Shown here: piece by piece, positions 12,906 through 22,574 of the stretch
Layout: every line of letters begins with the position of its first letter
How positions within the stretch are numbered: position 1 is the stretch's first letter
NCBI RefSeq assembly: GCF_963921235.1
Contig: NC_086097.1
Span: 180,546,001 to 180,610,000, forward strand
Source: Mobula hypostoma
Lineage: Eukaryota
Direction of reading: 5' to 3'
DNA length: 64,000 nucleotides
Notes under the pieces: generated by a model
Database searches by the model: none
What the model was told of the DNA's origin: nothing
Seen by the model: the letters and a program-made list of their open reading frames with translations, nothing else
Position numbers and translations under genes: made by a program

Positions 12906-13739
12906 TAGGGAACAGAGTGAAGGATAGAAAAGCCAAAGATAATGGAGGGTGAGATGGATGAGGGAGAGTGGGAAGGAAGAAACAAGGTGAGAAAAAATAG
13001 TCCCAGTGGGGAGAGATGGAAAGAAAGTGGAAAAGAGAGAGAGAGAAATATCAAGCTGAATGAGTATGATTGGGAATGACAGAGAGAACAGAATGTGAAG
13101 AAAGCATTAAACAAGGGGGAAAAGAGCAGGATGGACCAGGAAAATAGTATCAGAGACAGCACAAAGGAGCAAGAGTGATGGAGTCACAGGGATGGAAGTT
13201 AGGGGTCGGGAGGAGCGAGAGAGAATGAGGCACACCTAGAAAACTGAGACAGAAAGAAAAAGGTTAGGACGAGGAGATGGAGAGAGTGTAAAAGAATGAG
13301 GGAGTGTGGAGGAGAAATGGGAAGAGGCCAAAACAGTTAGGAAATAACCAGAGCAAGAGAGAATGGGAAGCCAGTTGAATGTTGGGAACGGCAAGAGCAA
13401 AGCACTGGGTGTTTCCAAAGGTGTCATCCATCTCCACCCGCAGAGCAAGTGAAGCCTGAGAGCTCCTGTCTGAAGTCAAAACCCAGACATTGCATGAAAG
13501 ATGAAACCTGATAAATCAGCACATGGCAGAACCCTCGACCAGGTAACTCAAGTCTCTGAGCAATGGGACAGCAATCTTGATCGGACTGATACCTCAGACA
13601 CTTGGGGCCAGCCTTGAGAGTTTGGATCTCGACTGATTCATTGCTAGAGGGTCTCAGTAAGGTACCGAGAGCGGGAGATCACATGGTACAGGACTCGGAG
13701 GGGGGCTCATCTAGTTAGGACCCCAGGCTTTGGCGGCAC

Positions 13740-14425
13740 AGCAATAGAAAATGCAAGCAGTTTCAAAATCCTGACAGTGCACATCGCATACAACCTCACA
13801 TGGTCCCAAAACACATCCTTAACAGAGTCTGGAAAGCTCACCATCACCTTTATTTTCTGAGAAAGCTGAAGAGAGCTTGAGTTCGCATATTCACACTCAA
13901 GTCATTCTACAAATGCACAGTAGAAAGCATCCTAACAAGCTACATCACTGCTTGGTATGAAACTGCACCGCGGCAGACTGGAAGGCTGTACAATGGGTAC
14001 TCAATATTGCTCAGTGCATCACTGGCACCAGACTACCTGCTATAGAGGACATATATACAGAAAGGTGCTGGGAAAAAGGCCAGTAACATCATGAAGGATC
14101 CCAACCACCCTGCTCACTGATTGTTTCTCCCACTCCCATCAAGGAGGTGGCTATGCATCATCTACACCAGGACCACCAGACTCAAAAACAGTTACTTTGC
14201 CCAAGCAGTAAAACTGATCAACACCTCCACCCACTAATTCCTCCACTACTTCACTATTTCCTGTCAGTCACCTTATGTACAGCCTGGAATCACTTTATGG
14301 ACATACAATCACTCGATGTAGATAAGCTATCTGTGTATTTATATTTATTATGTGTTTTTATTATTATTATTGTATACCGCATCAGAATTGGAGTAACAAT
14401 TATTTCATTCTTGTTACACTTGTAT
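13740..14425 (+). mobile_element. Rex1/Babar-like LINE 3' fragment
   Basis: Decayed SFK.L.VHI..NLTWSQNT, LYFLRKLK, VESILTSYITAWY and IMKDPNHPAH motifs. Confidence 0.75.
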
Positions 14426-14439
14426 ACACCTCCAAGAGG

Positions 14440-14830
14440 AGCACAACCTTGTTGTTGTGCTCCGAGTCTTTCATGTCTCAATGACCTCGAGAGCTATTCT
14501 TGCTGGAGTCTGGGCTTTATGCTTTGGCTCTTGGTAGGGTCACGGGACAGAGGCCAGACTAAGAATGGTCCACCAGTCCTCTAGGTTCGAGGGTTCAGTT
14601 CAGGGCTACCAACTCTGACTGGTAAAACAAAACTGTTATGGAAACAGCAATGAAGAATCCTTCTACATTTGATGGTGACTGTAATCCTGAGTCTTCAGCC
14701 AGGATTTGACTGACAGTAGTGAGAACTGAAAGGAGGCTACTGACATGACGAAGGAAGCCCTGAACACTACCAGTGATAGAGGACATTCATTGCTGCCCTA
14801 AACACCAGTGGCATAATGGGCAGTAAGTAC
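14440..14830 (+). mobile_element. RTE-like fragment inserted into the Rex1 tail
   Basis: The Rex1 tail TACACTTGT resumes at ~14828 (TACACTTGTGTGCAGGAAATGACATTAAAC); TGGCTCTTGGTAGGGTCAC motif. Confidence 0.4.
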
Positions 14831-15096
14831 ACTTGTGTGCAGGAAATGACATTAAACAATCCTGAATTTTTAATGGTTATCTTGGTCAACACGGACCAGT
14901 TGGGCCAAAGTGCCTGTTTCCCTGCTGTGTGACTCTAACAAGGGGTCACTTTTCAGGAGAAAGGTCTACACCTCAAAGATAGTGAATCATCAGGATTCTC
15001 TTCAAGGTTTACAGAGATGTAGTCTGATTGTATATGCAACATGGAGATTGGTAGCACTGGGATATTAAGGGACTGAATGGGTTGCCCCTGACTCAC

Positions 15097-15153
15097 CTAG
15101 AGCTGGATCAGCACAATTCTTGTACTGTTCGGGAGTGCAGACATCTGCATTAC
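15097..15153 (-). CDS. asic1c: ASIC exon (57 nt; thumb helix)
   Basis: poly-C tract then cag|GT...G|gtgagt; (G)NADVCTPEQYKNCADPAL. Confidence 0.95.
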   Translation of the reverse strand, partial: VMQMSALPNSTRIVLIQL

Positions 15154-15384
15154 CTGGGGGGGGGGGACGGGGAGAGAGAGAGAGAGACAAAGTTCAAAAT
15201 AAAATTATTTTCAAAGTACATATATGTTATATACTACCTTGAGATTCATATTCTTGCAGGCACTTACAGGAAAAATTAAGTAGTACACTGGAATTTTCAA
15301 AAAAAAACTATACATGAAGAAAGACAAACAACCAACGTGCAAAAGAAGACAAACTGCAAAAAAAAAAACTGAGAACAAGAGTTA

Positions 15385-16540
15385 TAAAATGACCCTGGAA
15401 AATAACGCTGGAGAGGTAGTAATGGAGGACAGAGAAATGGCAGATGAACTAAGTATTTTGCAGCAGTCTTCACTGTGGAAGATACTAACAGTATGCCAGT
15501 AGATCAAAAGTGTCAGGGGGCAGAAGTGAGTGAAGCTGCCATTGCTAGGGAGAAGGTGCTTGGGAAACTGAAAGGTCTGAGGGTAGATAAGCCAACTGGA
15601 CTAGAAGGTCTACACCACCGTGTTAGGAAAGGTGTTGGAAGAGATTGTGGAGGAATTTGTAATGATCCTTCAAAAGAATCAATGGATTCTGTCATGATTC
15701 CAGAGGACCAGAAATTGAAAATGTCAAGGACAGAGGCAGAAGAAAGGAAGTTATAGGCCAGTTCGTCTGACCTCAGTGGTTGGGAAGATGTTGGGAGTCT
15801 ATTGTTAATGATGTGGTTTTGGGGCACATAATACAATGGGCTGAAGTCACCATGGTTTCCTTAAGGGAAGGTCTTGCCTCACAAATCTGTTGGAATCCTT
15901 TGAAGAGATAACAAACAAAATGACAAAGGAGAATCAGTGGATGTTGGATTTTCAGAAGGCCTTTGACGAGGTGTCACACACGAGGCTGCTTAAGATCGCA
16001 TTGTACTATAGGAAAGATACTGTCATGTAATAGAGCACTGGATGATTGGCAGGAGACAAAGATTGGAAATAAAGGAAGCCTTATCTGGCCACCAGTGACT
16101 GCTGGTCTTCCACAAGGGTCTGTGTTGGGGCTGCTTCTTTTTATGTTATACGTAAATAATTTGGGTGATGGAATTGATAGCTTTGTGGCCAAGTTTGCAG
16201 ACAATAAGAAGATAGGTCGAGGGGCGGGTAACGTGGAAGCAGAAAGGCTACAAAAGGAGTTAGACAGATTAGGAGAATGGGTATAGAAGTGGCTGATGGA
16301 GTACAGTGTCAGGAAATGCATGGTCATGCACTTTGGTGGAACAAATAAAAGCAGAGACTATTTTCTAAATGGAGAGAAAATTCAAAGTCTGGGGTGCAAA
16401 GAGTCTTGGGAGTCCTTGTGCAGGAATACAGGGAGAAGGCAGGAGATAGAGACTGAGAAGGAAGCGGATCAGCCATGATAAAATGGCAGTGCAGACTCAA
16501 TGGGCCAAATGGCCTTATTCTGCTCCTACATCTTAGGCCT
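15385..16540 (+). mobile_element. CR1 LINE ORF2 fragment
   Basis: GLPQGSVLGLLLFMLYVNNL...SFVAKFADNKKIG RT motifs and DFQKAFD.V.H. Confidence 0.9.
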
Positions 16541-16544
16541 TAAA

Positions 16545-17530
16545 GTATCCCTGAAAGTGAGTCTGTAAGTCATAGAATCAGTTCAGAGAAGTGGTGAATG
16601 AAGTTATACTTGTTGGTTCAGGAACCTGATGGTTATAGGATAATAACTGCTCCTGAGGTTTGTGGCGTGGGACCTAAAGCTTCTGTACCTCCTTCCCAAT
16701 GATAGCGAAATGAGAGCATGGACTAGAAAGTGGGGGTCTTTAATGATGGATGCTGCTCTCTTGCAGCAGTGCTCAATGTAAATGTACTCAATGGTGGGGA
16801 GGGCTCTTTTGTGATGTATGGGGCTGTGCCCACTACTTTCTGTAGAACTTTCTATTCCTGGGCATTGGTGTTTCCATACCGTGCTGTGATGCAACCAGTC
16901 AAGATACTCCCCACTGTAAATCTATTGTAACATGCCGTAAGGTTTCAATGCTAATGTAATGGCTTCTCTGTAATGTTCCACTGCTGAGGTAATGGTTTCT
17001 CTGTAGCAGCAATGTTTGGGTTATGACTAGAGATAAGGGGACATGCTAACCAATGAGCAGGATGTTGTTCTTTCTTGTGCATGGGACAGATTTTCTCAGA
17101 GGGCAACAGACTCCGGCTGACAAATGCAACGGGCCTCAACCTGGTGCCCTGATCCTGCACATGGATGCCAGCCGAGAGGGTTTAGGGGGCGTCCTGTATC
17201 AGGATCAGGGCACCGGGTTGAGGCCCGTTGCATTTGTCAGCCGGAGTCTGTCACCCTCTGAGAGGATCTATCCCATGCACAAGAAAGAACAACATCCCGC
17301 TCATGGGCTAGCATGCCCCATTATCTTTAGTCATAACCCAAACATTGCTGCTACAGAGAAACCATGAGCTCAGCAGTGGAACATTACAGAGAAGCCATTA
17401 CATCAGCAGTGAAACCTTACAGTGTGTTATACTATATAAGTTTGTCAAAGTTTTTGTGACATATCGAATCTATGCAAACTTCTAAGAAAGTAAAGGCACT
17501 GTTGTGCCTTCTTTGTGATGATACTTACAT
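16545..17530 (-). mobile_element. Rex1/Babar-like LINE 3' fragment, interrupted by a fold-back element
   Basis: ORF 16604-16894 LPTIEYIYIEHCCKRAASIIKDPH...GRRYRS; collinear with the uninterrupted copy at 62330-62740. Confidence 0.8.
16926..17431. mobile_element. Palindromic non-autonomous element with 232 bp inverted arms, 4 bp TSD and a Gypsy RNase H fragment
   Basis: Arms 16926-17157 and 17200-17431 are reverse complements with scattered mismatches. CTAT flanks both sides (16922-16925, 17432-17435). The centre translates ILHMDASREGLGGVLYQDQGTGLRPVAFVSRSLSPSERIYPMHK. Confidence 0.9.
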
Positions 17531-17869
17531 GAAGGCAGCTTCAGAGGCTTTCCGAACTTCCAGCACCCGCAAGGAACTCAACAACCACAGTTGGTATTTG
17601 TATAGTGCCCGATAATACATCCCAGCAGCTCAGCCATGCTTGGAGATACTGGGTCAGGGAGCAGAGAGGTATAGGGTCACAGAAGAAAGGCTGAGTTCAA
17701 GGAGAGAGGTCAGGATTCCAAGGGCGTTATTAGTTAACCTAGTCTGAAAGGTCAGTAGAGTGGAAGGGTTGGAGAGGACAGAAGGTCAATGTGAGATCGG
17801 GGTTGTTTTGGGCACAGTCAGAGTTTGGGATATTGGAATATTCACTATGTTTGATGCATAGGGAGATCA

Positions 17870-18160
17870 GGTGAGAGGCATAGATAAGGTAGACCAAATC
17901 TTTTCCACAGGGGAGAAATGTCAAACACCAAAGAACATGCTTCTAAGGATAGAGAGGGGATATTTAAAGATGACGTGAGGAGCAAGTTTTGTTTTAACAT
18001 GGGGAGTGTTAAACTGGGATAGGTTACCGGGGAAGTAGTGGAAGCAGACAGTTTGGTGGGGTTTAAGAAATTTTAAGATGGACACATGAATATGAAGGGA
18101 ATGGAGAATAGGAGAACACTGTGGGACAAATGGCCTGTCCAATGTTGTACTGTTCCATGT
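17870..18160 (+). mobile_element. CR1 LINE 3' end fragment
   Basis: Degenerate 3' end with GTGGAAGCAGA..TTTAAGA motif and tail GGCCTGTCCAATGTTGTACTGTTCCATGTTCT. Confidence 0.6.
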
Positions 18161-18759
18161 TCTCTTTCAGGACTTGACTGGGAATGGATACACTCAACCG
18201 ACACAGCAGGAGCCCAGAGTCTGCTCTCTCATTGTGGGATTGACCTTGACCTCAGCACCACTTCCCTGCTCTCTCCCCTTTAATTCTCCAAAGAAACCTC
18301 TCCTCAGATATACAGTATTCAGAGAATCCGCTTCCACAGACCCTGGAAGAGAATCCCACCTCCATCTCAATCTGAAATGGGGAACAACCTCATTCTAAAC
18401 TAATTCCCCCAGTACTCAAAACTCCCAGTGGGGGATACCCTCCCATTCTGTCAATTTCCCCCCACCCTTTGTCTCAATAACATCCACTGTCATTCTTCCC
18501 AACCCCACTGAGTATTAGTCCAACCTCCCTTATACCACCAACCTCTTGACCATGGGATGGACCCAGTGACCCTACTCAGCACAGCCTCCCAGCACAAGCA
18601 TGTAAATACAGTACACGGGTGTCTGGGTCTGGCCTCACCATTGCCCTGTGAAGATGCAGCAAAACCTAGCTCCATTTCTACCCCTCACCACTGAAATAAA
18701 TATTTATGCCTTCAAATCCCATCTGGGGCCGCTGAGAATTTAAATTCAAGAAATTAAAT

Positions 18760-20245
18760 TAGAATAGTACAGCACAGTATGGGCTTTTCGACCCATGATG
18801 TTGTGCTGACCTTTTAACCTACTCCATGATCAATGTAGGCCTTTCCCAATACTCGGCCCATAACCCTCCATTTTCTCTCATATACATGTGTTTAATGGCC
18901 TCTTAAATATCCCTATTGTTTCAGCCTCTACCAACACCCCTGGCAGTGAGTTACAGACACCCACCACCCTCTGCGTAAAAGAAAAAACCTTCTGGCTACA
19001 TCTCCCTGAACTTTCTTCCATTCATCGTAAATGGATGTCTCTGGCATTTGACATTGCTACCCTGGGTTAAAAGGTGCTGACTGTCCACTCGATCAATGCC
19101 TCCAGTAATCCTATACAGTGGATTCCAGTTAATTAGGCCAATGATTAATCGGGGCAGCTGCTTATTTGGGCCAACTCTTAAAGAACGAAAAGTAATCATG
19201 AAAATAGCCATGATTCCCTTTGTTTATATGGGGTACTATGCGGCTTAATCGGGACAGGAGACTTGCCGAACAGTTTCTAATTAGCGCCAATCATGTGCAC
19301 TTACATGGCCATTAGACACTACACCATGCCCAGAGAGAAGAGTTTTTAAATAGCGTAAGATGCGTGTGTTTGTATCCAAAACGCAGTAATTTTTACCACT
19401 GATGGTTGGTGAGAAATAAGCAGTACAACATGTCAGAACTGTTTTGCTCATTATGATTTCAAGCATTCAGGCTTGGAGATGCCAGAAACTGTGAGGAGTG
19501 AAAATGAAACGATTTCACTGTTTCAACAAGTTAGGAACTATGAAGAATTTGAAGATATCGACAATCATCTTGAATGTCACAATGAAAATGAAGATTTGGA
19601 GAATGCAATTATCAAAAGGATTGTATGAAGGAAGTCCATTATCTACACTAGATGTCTGCACTGATTTTGCTCATTTACAGTCAATCAAAAGAACACAGCA
19701 ATGCACTCTGGATTACTTCCTCTGTCAATAATTATTAGGAACATATACACAGTTTTATAGTGCTGTAGTAGTTCTAATTTCATCTGTTTTTCATTTAAAT
19801 ACTTAATTTGTTATTCAGTTAAACAGTAGTTTGTTTCTTTTTAATACCTTTTTAACAATTTCCATGAAACTTTGGCAGCCGCTTAGTTGGGCCAAAATAT
19901 ACTGGTCCCGGTGTGTCCCAATTAACTGGAATCCACTGCACATCTCTATGAAATCGCCTCTCATCTTCATTTGCTGCAAAAAGAAAAGCCTGAACTCACT
20001 CAACCTTACCTCATAAGACACGCTCTCTAATCCAGGCAGCACCCTGGTAAATCTCCTCTGCTCCCTCTCTAAAGATTCCACATTCTTCCCATAATGAGGT
20101 GACCAGAATTGAACACAGTACTCCAAGTGTGGTCTAACCAGAGTTTTACAGAGCTGCAACATTACCTCATGGCTCTTGAACTCAACCCCCGACTAATTAA
20201 GGCCAGCACACCATACCTCTTCTTAACCACCCTATCAACTTGCGC
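18760..20245 (-). mobile_element. CR1 LINE 3' fragment interrupted by a Tigger-like element
   Basis: ORF 19815-20162 LVRPHLEYCVQFWSPHY..RRFTRVLPGLE; the 3' tail continues at 18760-19113. Confidence 0.85.
19116..19938. mobile_element. Non-autonomous Tc1/mariner-pogo (Tigger-like) DNA transposon, 823 bp
   Basis: TIR CAGTGGATTCCAGTTAATT at 19116 and its reverse complement AATTAACTGGAATCCACTG ending at 19938. TA on the left, CA (probably mutated TA) on the right. Confidence 0.85.
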
Positions 20246-20414
20246 GATACGATCTTTGAACGTAGATGCCAATGTCCCACAATCCTTCTCAATTACTCAC
20301 TATACCATTATACTCACTATAAAGGGGACGTACAATCGCCTTACAAAGGATGCTGGGATTGAACTCTGAACTCTGATGCCCCGAACTGTAATCACATCGT
20401 GCTAACCAGTACAC

Positions 20415-20930
20415 AAGCCAAGGCAATACGATGTGGTGAACAAGCTGTTGCCCATGTAGCAGGCTCCCCCTCCACGCAGCTGATGAATCCAAAGGAAAGG
20501 CAGAGACTACTACAGTTGGGCATTAGCAGCACACTGGGGTTGCTAGTCAGCATTGAGCTGAATGAAGAACTGCCTTAGTGACTCCAGCTCAGGATTTTTC
20601 CTCAGGTTTATTCCTGATACCTTCCCCATGAGTAGGTATAGCTGCAAGGCAGCGGACGTTTGAGATCAGAGTTTTTCATCTTCCAGAAGAGCTGCCAACT
20701 ATGGCTGACAAGCCCCATCTGCTCAAAGCAACTGGTCTTAAGGTGCCAGTAACTCACCTTTGTCAGTCAGAACAGTTCTGCCGGGCTTAGTAGCTAAGCC
20801 ACATTTGAAGGACACAAGCTGGACTTCATTGTCAGCGCGATTTTTGATGCACACCATTGGGAGCATTTAAAAAGTAGTGGGAACTTATCCCCACTCCCCC
20901 CCCCACAAGATATGACAGCTTTAAGGAACC
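20415..20930. mobile_element. Interspersed repeat (possibly RTE 5' region), same family as 61920-63080
   Basis: Shared blocks CTCCACGCAGCTGATGAATCCAAA, CCTTCCCCATGAGT, TAGCTAAGCCACAT and ACCATTGGGAGCATTTAA. Confidence 0.65.
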
Positions 20931-21481
20931 ATAACCTCACATTTTTCCACAAATTGTTTCCTACATCACTTTTTAGGATTTCTGTATCCGCCTCTTGCTA
21001 GCCCATCTGTCTTTGTATCGTCAGCAAACTTGGCATGGTCCCCTCATCCATAATATCTTTAATAGTCCAGGGCCCAACATTCACCCCTGTTACACATGAC
21101 TTGTCACTGATTGCTAAGCCAAAGAGAATACATTTATTCTAATTGTCTGTTTTCCTTCCCAATCCAAACTAATTAAAGATGAAATCACCTCCAAGCACTC
21201 TTATGCAGTAAACTTTTATGTGTGACTTTATCCAATGCCTTCTGGAAATCTAAGTATAATACATCAATTGATGCTCCTCTATCTGCCCTATTTGTCGAGA
21301 CTTGGGGCAGTCACCACCTCATTAGGAAAGGGTTGGATCTCAGGAACATCACAACAAGGCCAGTAAGGAGTCACAAGAGGTTGAGATGGGTGTCAGGGCT
21401 CTGGGAAAAAAGAATGAGGTCAGGGCTGATAGAGGCTGGGGTGAGGTTGGTGGGAGTTGGGGTGGCTACCTCCCACTGTAC

Positions 21482-21632
21482 CTGGCATATGTACCATGCG
21501 ACAGTTACAGTTCTCCACGAGGTACCGCGTCTCACAGTCGATCCTGCATGCCGTGATACTGTAGGTGCTGAAGAAACCAGAATTCAGAGAGGTTGCTCTG
21601 CAGTCGCCCCATGGAGGTGGAAGGTAGAGTAT
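21482..21632 (-). CDS. asic1c: ASIC exon (151 nt; Cys-rich thumb)
   Basis: ctctacccttccag|ATA...G|gtacag; [50 protein letters not shown](G). Confidence 0.97.
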
Positions 21633-22574
21633 CTGGAAGGGTAGAGACAGAGAGAGATCGTCCCTATAGCTGCTGAGTAAGAATCATACTCTGAGAAGTG
21701 CTAATGAAGCTGGGGTTCTCGTTGATTTACCCAAATAACAGTACGGCTTTTAACCAGGTCCAAGGGAGGGGCAAATCAGATTCAAAACTGGTGCTGGGGC
21801 AGGGAGCGTAAGGGAATGGCTTCCAGCTGTTTTCAGGACTGAAAGACTCACCTGTGAAATTCCACAGCTCAGGACTTGTGCGCTTGGGGTCTACTAAATA
21901 CATTACACTTTAGCATAGGGTGCACGAGGAGGAAGTCTGCAGATGAACTAACAACCAGCCATGTGATGACAGTGAGACTTTACGGCTTTAAACCATTGGA
22001 GAAAAGTGATGGTCTGCTCAGTTGATAAATATACGATGATAAATCTGGGGAAGGATGACAATGAATGGGAAGAGGCTGGGAGGGGTGGAGGGACCTTGCA
22101 GTGCACACCCACAGACTCTTAAAGCTAGCAGGACAAGTTAGTAATGAAGTTATATAAAGGCTCACAGGATACAAGATTTAGTAGACATGTTATGCTAAAA
22201 CCGGGAACATTAAGGGTGCCACGAGTGTGTGATCGCTGTGGAGGGGGCATAGAGGGGAAGGTGCCTGACCCTTGTGATTATAGCCGTGATGAGAGGCTGG
22301 GCTGCCCTCCCTTCCCTGAACCGAAGGTGGTGAGGGCAGACTGAAATGGAGATTTACGGCCAATGAGGCACAAAACTGGCGTGGGTGGGGCGAAGGGGTG
22401 AAGTCTGTTCAAAACCCAGTGCTGGAAGTGGGGTCACTGGAGAGCTCCGCTACAAGAGTATCAAGGTGATGGGCCAAATGGCTTCCAGTGTTGTAATTTT
22501 CCAAGATTCCGCTCGTTCTGTTCCTACACCACAACCAGGAATGGCCCTGAGCCCTGAGGTACGTGGACAAAGAG

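Noticed and set aside
15148..15156. AG|GTAATG recursive-splice-like site at an exon start
   Set aside because: Explained by a phase-1 split Gly codon; the same G|GT pattern occurs at 9116.
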